The translations under genes were made by a program, and so were the position numbers. From NCBI GenBank assembly GCA_001662655.1, contig KV460241.1: a DNA stretch of 64,000 nucleotides. One strand, 5' to 3'. The notes under the pieces were generated by a model, which saw only the letters and a program-made list of their open reading frames with translations, made no database searches and was not told the origin of the DNA. Shown here piece by piece: positions 1 to 10,609 of the stretch (the stretch's first letter is position 1; every line of letters starts with the position of its first letter). Origin of the DNA: Pseudogymnoascus verrucosus (taxonomy: Eukaryota).

Positions 1-2892
1 GACCGTGATCAACCTCAACAGGCTCTGCGCGAACCCATCTTCAGACGTGAGCCAGGACCGCGCGATGGGGACTTCGGGGCCGGGAACAAGGCCGGAGATG
101 ATCTCCGCTGCGAGCATGCCTTGCATCAAGTGGGGTTTCCGCGCGTCGACGACGGCCATCATGCCCGCGCGTCCCGAATCGTGTTTATGTCCCGGGATGG
201 GCGAGATAGCCAGGGCGAAGGATTTCGTCAGGAGCTCGTACGGCGGAGACGACGTGACGTCCGACGCGAAGATCTTCTTATAGAACGTGCGATTCGGCTC
301 GTCCCTCGCGAGGAGCTTGGCCCAGCTATCGACTGCGGGGGCGAGGTAGCGGTGGATGGCCGGGTCGTAGGGGGAGAAGATGACTTTATCCGATCCCGGG
401 TTGACGGGGGGCGGGCAGGGGGAGAAGGCGAGGAGGAAGTGGAGGAGGCAGAGGGCTTGCTCTTTGCCGGGGATCTCGACGGCTTGGGCGAGGTTGGAGA
501 AGAAGATTATGAGGTCCTTCATCAGGTCGAGCGTGTTGGAGTGGGTGCGGAGGAGCATGTTGCGCGTGCCGAGGTAGCGGACCACGGTGCAGAGGAAGGT
601 GATGACGGGTTTATCGGCGAGGAGGGGGTGGTTGGTCTCGTAGAAGGAGAGGTTGCGCAGGATGGTCGTGATGCAGATTAGGCGCTCCACGGAACGGTCT
701 AGTTCGTACTCCACGGTTCCGAAGAGAGGGACGTCTTGTAATCCTTCTCGCTCGAGTCGGCAGCCGCGAGCAACGTCTTCGTATGAGCTGATTAGCATTA
801 CATCAGACACCTCCGCGGCATTCTCTGCGAGCAACTCGACTTGTTCCTCAGCACAGTCGACAATACTCTCAACAAGATCTCCACAAGCCCTCAGATCAAG
901 CTGAACCCTCGGCTCCACCGAGACAGTCACCAGCGTATCCAGAGCCAAACGCACTTCCGAGTGAATCCCAGATTGTAGACTCATCGTCAGTGCATGAATA
1001 TCAATAACTCCCAATTCAGGAACACTAGGCACATTCGGCCTCAGATTAACCAGATCAATGCACAGATTCTCCAACGCCTCAGGATTTACACCTCCCCAAG
1101 TAGTCAGCGGGCGCGTCCTCGGCTCATATGCTGACGATTTCGGCTTCTTCTCTTCGATTTGGATCTCGTGAGTAGACTGAAGTGTCATGCTGCCAGGTTT
1201 GCTCAGTGGCGTTGGAGACGATACCGCGAAGGGCGCGCCATTTTGCATCGGCGTGCCCTCGTTACTCCGCGACATTGCCCGCGCGTGTGCTTGTGCATTT
1301 TGCTGCGCTTGGTTTGGCATCTGCGGTGTCGAGAAGCCATTTACAGCTACCTGCTGTCCCTGTTGAGGCATCTGTTTAACGGGTGTCTGGAGGGCCTGTT
1401 GCTGCATTCCAATAGGCGGTGACTGTTGACCCATATGTTGCTGCTGAGCCTGTCGGTTCATAAACTGCTGTTGCTGCTGTTGTTGCTGCTGCTGCTGCTG
1501 AGCCATCTGACTCTGCATGCTAAGCTGCTTCGTCGGCGACATTTGAGGATGGCCAGCCATATTCGCATTCTGCTGCATCATAGCCTTCTGGCGCTGCTGG
1601 GAGGCAAACGCGTCTTCAAACATCATAAGATTCCTCTCGTAATGTCCCTTGATCTGCGCTGGCGCGCTTGGCATCTGGATCGGGTTGAACTGTAGAGTTT
1701 GGGCTACCTGTGGCCACAAACCTTGCTGGTGAACCTTTCTGTATCCTCCATACTTTGTGACAGCCATGTATAGCATGACAAGATTGATAGTCCTATCACC
1801 AACAATCGGGTTTACGTCGAGAGGTTGTCCCTTCGATTGCATGAACTGCGAAAGATTCCGCATAAACTGCTCAGGATTATTCGGTCGAGGCACAGCCGAC
1901 TGTTGAGGCCGCATCCCTTGAGGAAACTGGCCATTAGGGCCGCCAGGCATCTGTGGCTTCACCATCGCGTTCGGATTCTGCGGCATACCCTGCATCCGCG
2001 CCGCCTGTTGTTGCGCATTCATCAGACCTCGCGAATTGAGCTGCTGCTGCAATTGCATCTGATAAATCATTTTATTCTGTTGGTCCATCTGCGCCTGAGC
2101 CTGCTGTGGTTGTTGAGGCTGCTGTTGATACATTTGAGGAGGTTGCATCTGTGGCTGTTGATGCATCTGCTGCATTTGGGGTGTTTGCATCGCCCCTTGC
2201 TGTTGTGGAGGAGGCGCGTTCCGCCCCTGCGGCGGCGTGAACGGCTGATTATACCCTGGGCCAAAGCCAGGATTTTGCGCGTATTGCGCCTGTGCCTGGG
2301 GAGTTTCGACGCGATTCGTGTGATCCGAGTGTGATGGCGAAGGCGCAAACTGCTGCACGGCAGGGGAGAAGGGGTGAGGAGACGCGGTGGACACCCTCTG
2401 TGGGACAGCGCCAGGTCGGAGCTGATTGCCCATCACGGGCGATGGGCTCGCATCGGCTGAGCCGTTGTGTTGGAGATGTGCATAGGGCGTTGGCTGAGGC
2501 GCATGCTGTGTCGCCTCCCTAGGATTTCCGTTAAAGCCAGGATAGCTTTGTTGTGGCGTTTGCGACCGCGACGCGGGCAGCATCCCGGGAGCCTGACGCG
2601 GCGACGTGCCCAGGCTGTCTTCCCTCGGTCGCGGTCGCTTTGATGGTACTACAGGGTTCGTTTGATAGACGGGGCTGTTGAATGAAGGGGACGCATTTCG
2701 CATGCCGCCATTCTGCATGCGCTGGATCTGTTGATTCTGGAACTGCGATGGGTCGACGAAGTTGCCAGTGGGAGTGCCCATGAACGCGCTGGGGTCGAGC
2801 ATGTTCGCGCCCATATTGGGGTCGTTGAGGTGGTTGAAGGCCGCGCCATTGTGATTGTGGACGGCAGCGGCGTCGTTCATCCAGGAGCTCAT
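1..2892 (-). CDS. SWI1: SWI/SNF chromatin-remodelling subunit, Swi1/Sol1 (ARID domain) family; 3' end runs off the window
   Basis: ATG at 2892 (MSSWMNDAAAVHNHNG) opens a frame that appears stop-free to position 1, which explains its absence from the ORF track. Q/P-rich N-terminus, then an ARID-like segment near 1860-1620 (FMQSKGQPLDVNPIVGDRTINLVMLYMAVTKYGGYRKVHQQGLWPQVAQTLQF), then a helical C-terminal region (LTMSLQSGIHSEVRLALDTL). Confidence 0.88.
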   Translation of the reverse strand, partial: MSSWMNDAAAVHNHNGAAFNHLNDPNMGANMLDPSAFMGTPTGNFVDPSQFQNQQIQRMQNGGMRNASPSFNSPVYQTNPVVPSKRPRPREDSLGTSPRQAPGMLPASRSQTPQQSYPGFNGNPREATQHAPQPTPYAHLQHNGSADASPSPVMGNQLRPGAVPQRVSTASPHPFSPAVQQFAPSPSHSDHTNRVETPQAQAQYAQNPGFGPGYNQPFTPPQGRNAPPPQQQGAMQTPQMQQMHQQPQMQPPQMYQQQPQQPQQAQAQMDQQNKMIYQMQLQQQLNSRGLMNAQQQAARMQGMPQNPNAMVKPQMPGGPNGQFPQGMRPQQSAVPRPNNPEQFMRNLSQFMQSKGQPLDVNPIVGDRTINLVMLYMAVTKYGGYRKVHQQGLWPQVAQTLQFNPIQMPSAPAQIKGHYERNLMMFEDAFASQQRQKAMMQQNANMAGHPQMSPTKQLSMQSQMAQQQQQQQQQQQQFMNRQAQQQHMGQQSPPIGMQQQALQTPVKQMPQQGQQVAVNGFSTPQMPNQAQQNAQAHARAMSRSNEGTPMQNGAPFAVSSPTPLSKPGSMTLQSTHEIQIEEKKPKSSAYEPRTRPLTTWGGVNPEALENLCIDLVNLRPNVPSVPELGVIDIHALTMSLQSGIHSEVRLALDTLVTVSVEPRVQLDLRACGDLVESIVDCAEEQVELLAENAAEVSDVMLISSYEDVARGCRLEREGLQDVPLFGTVEYELDRSVERLICITTILRNLSFYETNHPLLADKPVITFLCTVVRYLGTRNMLLRTHSNTLDLMKDLIIFFSNLAQAVEIPGKEQALCLLHFLLAFSPCPPPVNPGSDKVIFSPYDPAIHRYLAPAVDSWAKLLARDEPNRTFYKKIFASDVTSSPPYELLTKSFALAISPIPGHKHDSGRAGMMAVVDARKPHLMQGMLAAEIISGLVPGPEVPIARSWLTSEDGFAQSLLRLITV

Positions 2893-2918
2893 ATTCGTGA
2901 CGCCGGATGGCTACCCAT

Positions 2919-3225
2919 CTGCGAGAGAGCACGCTGTCAGCAATTGATCGCAAGACATAGGCATGAGTCCATTGAGCCTATGCGAAACCAAAAATAGATG
3001 GGAACGGTTGTTGTGGTTGGTGTCGCGATGAAAGTAACGCGACGCGGTAGTGTTGAGTGTCAGAGGCTTGGGGGCTCTCTCAGCAGGATTGGCCGCCGCG
3101 AATATTTGGCAGCAAAACGGCAACCACGACTGGAATAGAAAGACTCCAAGGGCCAAATGTCACGAGACAAAATGGAAAACGATGGGTATGGAACGATGGA
3201 AAAAGGGAATGATGGAGGGTCTTAC
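2919..3225 (-). other. Probable 5'-UTR intron of SWI1
   Basis: On the minus strand: AG|GTAAGA donor at 3225, GCTGAC branch at 2941-2936, pyrimidine tract CTCTCTCGCAG ending at 2919. Confidence 0.6.
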
Positions 3226-6200
3226 CTAAGGCAGGCGCGTGTTGTTCGGTGGTTTACAGTGGACTTGAGCTTCCAGGTTGTTCTGTTCCTCCGGCGGTCG
3301 ATTGCGAAGGTGCGACTAGTTACAGAGTAGCCCCGCTTACCCGGATTGGGGATGGTGTGAGAAATAGGCGAAATTTTGAGAAATTGAATGGGGGGAAGGG
3401 GGACGAGAGAGATCAGAGCCAGAGATTAAGTAAGGCTGGTACCCGTGACTGTGACCTTTTTCTAGAAAACACCACAGGATTAGCCATCTCAGTAAATCAA
3501 TAAAAGCAGCAAATAATAAACAAATAAACACACACAGCAAACTGTAAAGAATAAAAATAGACATGGGTATTTTCCAGAATGCGATTAATCTAAATTCGGA
3601 CAGGTAAAAGAAAAAAGGTGGGTGCGACCGACAAGGCGGGATGGTGGAAGCTTGTTCATGGTTCAGGTCGGGGGGAACGGGCGGCAATTCGTCTGTCTGT
3701 TGTGATGACCACGCCACGCTGCTTCAGGCTCCACGGCTGCTTCCATGTGGCATCGGTGAGAGGAGGGACGGACGGGTCGATTGGGGCCGAAGATGTGTGG
3801 ACGACGATGGATGTGTGGGGTAGAGTAGTAGGTAGTAAGGTGGTAAGAGGTGTAATAAGACTCCAAAAAAGACTGGGGGATTGACGAAGACACTTTCCAA
3901 AGTGGGGTAGGAAGGACACGACGATCGATCCAGGCAGGCTGAGGAATGGAAGTAAAGAAAAAGAAGATCTCGTACCTTTGGATGTGTGGAATGACAATTA
4001 CTGTATTAGGCTGGTAGACAGGCAGGTGTATGTATGTACCTTCCGCACTCCTTCTCGTAGACGTTCTATTTGATGCGCGGTAGGGAAGGGTAGCAGTAGT
4101 AGGGTCTTGGTTGGGACTCTTAGCAGCAAATCCTAAATAAAAGAACCACCGCTCTTTGATTCAAATATGACGTTGGTAGCCGGTCGTTGGACCCTGGAAC
4201 GACCAACGGGGATAGGATGGGGATGGGAATGATCGAATGAGAGGGGGAGGAAGGTGTGCGGGGACGATAAAGACGGCGACGGGGATGAGCGTCAGTTCAA
4301 CCCGGATGAGGGGTGTGCGTGTGTAGGAGGCGGTGGTGGGATAGCTGTGGGCTGTGGGAGGTTGAGTGACAGGTTTGGAGACGGGGGAAGGTGTCAACCT
4401 GGTAAGGCAAGGTAAGGCCTTGAGGCGTCGTGCGTCTGTGTGTGAGTGTGTGGATGCGTGAGTGTGCGTGGATGTGCGTGGGTTCTGTGTTGTGCTGTGC
4501 TGTGCCACGAGAAAGAAGGCGGTGGGTGGTGGTAAGGCAGGCACGGGTAACGGGTAATAGTATCCCAGGTAATCCCAGAGAGACTGGATGCAGATTGGAG
4601 ATTGCAGGTTGCAGATTGGCCTTTCCCACGGTCCAGAAGGGTCCAGTACGTACACACACACAAGCTTGGTTGTCAGTCAGTCGTACCTTTTTCTTCGGAT
4701 ATGCACCGGTAGTAACAGTAGTAACGCAATAACGCAGTAGTAACGATAATAGTAGCGGCAGTAAGTGGTAGTAGCGTGTGTGGGACGTGGAGAATCAAAT
4801 CGTGTGTGCGTGGTCATCCGTGGTGGCCGTTTCGTTGGCGTCCGTCGTTTCCGTCTCCCGGGATCCCCAGAGATCAGTCAGTCAGTCAGTCACTTTCCCT
4901 TCCGAGTAGCAAAAATCGGAAAAAGCCGTGGGTACTTGTGTGTGTGTGCTGAACTGGCCGAACGGGCTTCTCCTAGAGTAAGTATGACTTGCCTGGTTCT
5001 CTTGGCTCTTTCGGAACAAAGAAAAGACTGCCCATTGCGAGATAAATTCTGTCATGTCAGCTGTCCCCTCTGATTGGTCCGAAAACCGCTCTCAACTTCT
5101 CAGATGCGCGGATCGGGGTTAGTGGGGATTGATTGAGAGATGAGAGATGGATGGGTTGGTTGTTAATGGTTGGATGCTATCGATCCCCTTCGAGAGAGAG
5201 AGAGAGAGGGAGATACACGCACACACAGATCGTGGTTATCTCTCTCTCGAGTCTCGAGTCGCTTTCTCGCCCACACACTCACTCACCTGAGACCTCTGTT
5301 CAAGAGGGAAATCAACCAAGCCCTATCATGAGTATCCCACTCTCAAGCCCCAGACTCGGCCCGTGATTTCCTCACTTTGATTTCCTAGAATTGCGAGCCG
5401 TGATCTCGCCGTTAGTCCCCTGTATCTTTGTTAATCGATGAGAAATAATACTCCCGTTGCACCCCCTGCACACTGTCGTCGGACAAGGCACCCCACCACA
5501 TCGGGTTCGACGGCACCGCATCATCGAGGTTGGTTTTCGGGAAAGAGAATGTTCAACCGAGAGAGTGATGACAGATTCATCCCCTTTTTCAGAGAGTTGA
5601 TGAAATGTTCAATCCCTCGAAAAATGAGTTGTCTGCGCATTTGGCCAGTTCATCGAAAGGTAGGTTGGCAATCTCATTTCTCGTAGTCGAACCATACATA
5701 GCTCCACCACCACCACTCACAGGCGCGAAGACGACAACAACCAACACCACGATCGATAACCACACAACCAACAAAAAATAAATGAAGGAGCAACAGATCC
5801 AAGAGCGGGGGATGCGTCCCTTATGTATCCCCCTCCTCCCCCCCGTGTACTCACATCTCCCAACCCGCCTCACCCGCCTCACCACTGCCTTACCTACCTA
5901 CCTGCACCTTATGTGTCTATACGTATACATGGAGCTAGTGGCCGATCCGGTCATCGCTCGTTCAAGGGACCCCGAGTGAGTGCACGAATCGTGTGTGGCA
6001 TACTTGGAGAGGGTATGAGTGGTAGGGTTTTGATCGGGCTGGGTGTCTATAGATACTTATGTGGAGGGGGAGGTGTGAGGAGGGCAAGGAAGAAGAAATG
6101 GCTCAATTCTGTGCATTGTGTGCAGATGGAGAGTTACTCATAGTGGTAATAACTTGGGGAATAAATACTCGTGCGTCTACTCCATCTAGCCTGGCCCCAA

Positions 6201-6849
6201 ACCAACACGCCACTCAGTCAAGTAACTTCCTGTCGAAGGAAGCCTGTGCTCAGATGCACATGCATGGTACTTCACCTTTCCTCCGTAGTGCTCCATCGAG
6301 GTGCTGGTGGAGTCTTATCCCCATCGCTCCCTCTCTCCCTCTCGCTCACTCAGTCAGTGCCAAGAACAAGATACTCCCGCAGGAAACCCCCATGTCATGT
6401 CCCATGTGCCACAGTAGTGGATGGGTGGGAGGGGAGATGAGAGAGAGGGCGCTACTTGGGTGCGGCAGCACTGGAGCACACACACATCGACGACCACCAG
6501 TCTACACACTTTACACAAATTTCTTCATTTGTAAAATACTATATATATATAATAAATCCCCTTATATGACGAGTCAACATTTATTTCCCCAAGTATAATA
6601 ATATAATTAGATAAAACAGCAAACGCGTAATTACGAAACTAACAATCCATCTGCTCCCCCCCCTCTCAGTCAGCCTAATTCACCGATGCAAGTCCCTCCC
6701 CCCAGCCCAGCCATTTTTAAAGTTGTGGGCCGCCCACCCACACTTTACCCCTGTCCGCGACTACGGCCGTGCATCCACACCTCTCGTCCATCACAACAAC
6801 TGTCTGTGTGGCCACTTACAAAAACTACAACTCGTAGGAACGCGCTACT

Positions 6850-8133
6850 ATGGCGAAGAGGAAAACAATAGATGGCGAGCTGGGGGAGGAGAGGGTTACG
6901 AGGAGGTCGACTAGGGGTAGGACGGTGAAGGAGGAGGTGGTTGACGAGGAGATGATTGTGGAGAAGGTGAAGGCTAAGGATACGGTAAAGACGAAGGGAA
7001 TGGCGGTTAAGAAGAGCCCAATCAAGGATGAGGAGAGTGAGAGTAAGGAGGAAGTAAAGGTACGGATTATTTTGATTTTATCTCGTCGTTTGTTTTTTGT
7101 TGATGTCAGATTATATTCTCACGCGCTCGATTAATGAGGTGTGGTTTATTATTTTGATTTTATATTCTTCGATTTAAATGAAGTCACGAGTATTTATTTG
7201 CACCCCCCTCCCCTTCCCCCCAACTTCAACAACCACCAACCAATCCCAACAAGACACACCACATACCCCAAGCCGATACTAATCCTCGCTATAGAAAACC
7301 GAGACTCTACCAGCAAAAACAAATGGAACCGCTCCCTCAGCACCAGGAGAAAGACAACACTGGCTCCTAAAAGCCGAGCCCGAATCCCGCCTCGAAAAGG
7401 GGCATGATGTTAAGTTCTCAATTGATGATTTGGCTGCGAAGAGTGTGCCGGAGCCTTGGGATGGTATGTCCCCCCTTCCCCCTCCTCTCCCCTCCCGTCC
7501 CCTTCGTTGTTCATGTCTCTAACAGGAATATAGGAATCCGCTCATACGCTGGTACGCACCCCCCCCCACCCCTCTTATTTGTAGAGGAGAAGGGAATGAT
7601 GACGAGAAGAAGAGTGACTAACCGTGCCAAACAGCGCGAAACAACCTCCGCGCGATGAAAAAGGGAGATCTAGCATTCTTCTATCACTCCTCCTGCAAAA
7701 CCCCAGCCATCGTCGGGGTCATGGAGATTGTACAAGAACACTCCCCCGACTGTACGTTTCTCCCCCTTCCTCCTCCACCTTCTTCCCTCTCTCCCATTCC
7801 ATCCCTCCAACTCCACAAACCCAACACCATACTAACCTCAACCCCTCCACAGTAACAGCACAAGACCCAAAAGCCGCCTACTACGACCCAAAGGACACGG
7901 ATCCGTCGAACCCCCGCTGGAGCGTGGTGCATGTGGAGTTCCGGGAGAAATTCAGCAACCCGCTCACCCTACGCGAGTTGAAGGATATGCAGGGGAGTTG
8001 GAAGGAGATTAGTGAGATGCAGTTGTTGAAACAGAGTCGGTTGAGTGTTACGGGTGTTACGGGGGGGGAGTGGGAGTTTTTGATGTCGGTTATCAAGAAG
8101 CGGGAGAAGGGGGATGTGAAGGAGGAGATGTAA
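6850..8133 (+). CDS. THYN1: EVE-domain protein, thymocyte nuclear protein 1 (THYN1)-like; 5 exons
   Basis: Exons 6850-7059, 7295-7463, 7534-7551, 7635-7751, 7853-8133 splice in frame to give HWLLKAEPESRLEKGHDVKFSIDDL...EPWDGIRSYAARNNLRAMKKGDLAFFYHSSCKTPAIVG...YYDPK...PRWSVVHV...RLSV, the EVE/THYN1 signature. Confidence 0.92.
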
Positions 8134-8285
8134 TGGAGGTGTATGTTGTATAGATAATAAGTTTTTATTACCTCTCACAGTTGTCGAACAAAGAAGATAC
8201 ACTGTAACTCTTTCTCGTTGTGTGAGTTCCTAAGATCCATCCTTAGGAAATAAGAGATTCAAAGAGTTCTAAGAAAAGGAAGTGC

Positions 8286-8851
8286 ACTGTTACAGTAAAC
8301 CAGGAATTAAAACACTAATGCGTTCGTAGCTTGCATTAACCCCTCACACTCAAAGAACACATTCCCAATCACCAATCCGTTTCCTTCCTCCACCAACCCC
8401 TCACACTCAAAGAACCCATTCCCAATCACCAAACAACGCATTTTTCATTGAGTTCCATTCTCCTATACTTTGGAAACGAGAGAGACCTAGAGAGATACGT
8501 GAGAAGAAGGAGTACTGTTACGGTAAACTAGGAATCAAAACACTGATGTGTTTGTCACTTCCGCCAACGCCTCACACTCAAAGAATCCGTGACAATCACC
8601 AAACAAAGCATATACACTGTTTTCATTGAGTTCCATTCTCCTATACTTCTCGGATCCTCAAAGTCCCCATCCTAGATGCCTTCCCATTCATGTGTGTTCC
8701 TAAGGTGTATTATTTGAAAACAGTAAGCCAGGAATTAAAACACTGATGTGTTTGTCACTTCCGCCAACCCCTCACGCTCAAAGAACCCGTGGCAATCACC
8801 AAACAACGCATATACACTGTTTTCATTGAGTTCCATTCTCCTATACTTCTC
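8286..8851. repeat. Degenerate direct-repeat array: three copies of a ~120-140 bp unit; copies 2 and 3 exactly 200 bp apart
   Basis: 8531-8650 and 8731-8850 differ at 6 of 120 positions. Copy 1 (8286-8470) is more diverged and carries an internal ~38-nt duplication (8338-8375 and 8395-8432). Confidence 0.92.
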
Positions 8852-9035
8852 AAAGACTCAAAGTTGATATCCCTACCCCGAAACCCCATCATCCCCATCT
8901 CCATGCCTAGTTACTCATCATACCCATGTCCACACCCAGTTCCTGATCATCCATCCATAATATACAAGTCCCCCCCCAAACACCGACTGCGAAGGTCGCT
9001 AGAAGACAAAATCACGTGCCCCAGCCTCTCACCCC

Positions 9036-10052
9036 TTACTCACAATCCATAAACTCCTCCCCACCTCCCTCCCCATCCTCCCCATCCTCCCCCCCATCCA
9101 CCCTTCCCCACCCCTCTCCCTCTCCCTCCCCCCACCCCTCCAACAACATCAACACCCCCTCCGCCCACGCCGCCCTCTCCGTCTCCCTCCCCGCCATCTC
9201 CCTAACCCTCTCCAGCTCCCCCGCCCTCCTCTCCCCCTCCCCCTCCAACTCCCTAATCTTCCTCTTCAACTTCTCATTCTCCACCCACAGCGCCTCGGTG
9301 ACCATCTCTTGGGCGTCTGCTTCATCGCTCATCTCGCGAATACGCTGCTCGTGTTCCGCGATACGGTTTTGCAGTTCGTGACGACGAAGACGGCGGTGCG
9401 CGGGTTGGCGGGCGCGGTGGAGGGTCGGGGAGTCCGGGGCGTGGGTGCGCATGTCTGGGGTGGTGATGACGATTCGGGGGATGGGGCGGGCAGCGGGTGT
9501 GGTGGCGGCGAAGGGGGAGGGGTGCGCGTGGTAGGTTGGGTGGGGGGTGTTGAAATCGGTGGTTGCGAGGGTGCGGGATCGGGTGCGGGATTGGTTCGCG
9601 ATTGCTGCGGTTTGGTTGGATGTGGTGGTGGCGAAGGCGGAGGAGGAGGTGGTGCCGGTGGTGAAGGTGAAGGAGGTGGTGGTGTTTGCGAATCCATTTT
9701 GGAACCCCCCGATCTGGGAGGAGTGGCCGCCAATTTGACCCTGATGACCTGCTGCTGCTGCGGCTTGGACCCCGAATTGCTGCCCCGTGGTTGCGGCTGG
9801 GAATGCGGCTTGAGCTTGATGCCCCGCTGCGGCTTGACCCTGCTGAGGCCCCGCGTTTGCGGCTTGAGGTGCGGCTTGACCCCGAATCTCCCCCGCGGTT
9901 GCGGCTGGGGAGGGACCCGCTTGCGTACGCCAATCCGGGGTAGTGGCGAGGATGTTGGCGACGGCGTCACTGTGCGGCGTCTGCGTGGCGGCGGCGTCGG
10001 TGCCGTTAGGTTGGCAAGGGGGGCAGGATGTATCGTCAGATGGTTCGTCCAT
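9036..10052 (-). CDS. Hypothetical low-complexity protein (Q/A/G-rich repeats, Thr-rich tract, C-terminal coiled coil, acidic tail)
   Basis: 338-aa ATG ORF with a heptad-like charged segment (HELQNRIAEHEQRIREM...ENEKLKRKIRELEGE). No family recognised. Confidence 0.5.
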   Translation of the reverse strand: MDEPSDDTSCPPCQPNGTDAAATQTPHSDAVANILATTPDWRTQAGPSPAATAGEIRGQAAPQAANAGPQQGQAAAGHQAQAAFPAATTGQQFGVQAAAAAGHQGQIGGHSSQIGGFQNGFANTTTSFTFTTGTTSSSAFATTTSNQTAAIANQSRTRSRTLATTDFNTPHPTYHAHPSPFAATTPAARPIPRIVITTPDMRTHAPDSPTLHRARQPAHRRLRRHELQNRIAEHEQRIREMSDEADAQEMVTEALWVENEKLKRKIRELEGEGERRAGELERVREMAGRETERAAWAEGVLMLLEGWGEGEGEGWGRVDGGEDGEDGEGGGEEFMDCE

Positions 10053-10609
10053 GGTGAATGATTGATTGATTGGATTTTTGAGTTTTGGGTTCTTTGAAGA
10101 TTTGGGTTTGAGGAATTGATTGATTGTTTGGATTTGAAGAATTGGCTTTGAAGAACAGATTGTTTGGGTTTAAAGACCAATCCCTGAAGCCAAAGATCAG
10201 AAGATACGATCGTTTGGCTTTGAGGATTGGCTTTGAAGATCTGCCTTTTGTTGCTGGAGTTTGGGATTTTTTTGGGGGGTTGAGGAGTGTGGATGAAAGG
10301 GGGTGTTTTGTTTGTGAATAGCTTCTTTGTGCGAAGCAGAGCGAAGCGGCGTGTTAGGGCGCAACCACGCCGAGACCCAAACCCTCGAGGGTGTCAACCA
10401 GGTCGCGCCTGGTTCACCCTTGAGGAGAGGTAGCGAGCAGTTCCCTCACAGCTCGAGGGGATCAGCTGTGTGAAGGAGAGTCAAAATGGGTGAATACGTT
10501 GATATTCTCGCCATTGCGGCTCTAAGACTGACCAGCGCGGTTCTGAGAACCCCCATCCATTTCCATCTACCCCTTCATATCCAGGCCTCCTCTCACTCCA
10601 CACATCTCT

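Noticed and set aside
5..2997. Plus-strand ORFs such as 121-681 and 1825-2334 (Leu/His-rich)
   Set aside because: Antisense shadows of the Gln-rich SWI1 frame.
8286..8851. CRISPR-like repeat-spacer appearance
   Set aside because: Units are ~120 bp, only three copies, no cas genes, eukaryotic context.
9309..10180. Overlapping ORFs of 203-283 aa in other frames over the orphan ORF
   Set aside because: Explained by stop-poor, low-complexity C/G-skewed sequence; no recognisable domains.
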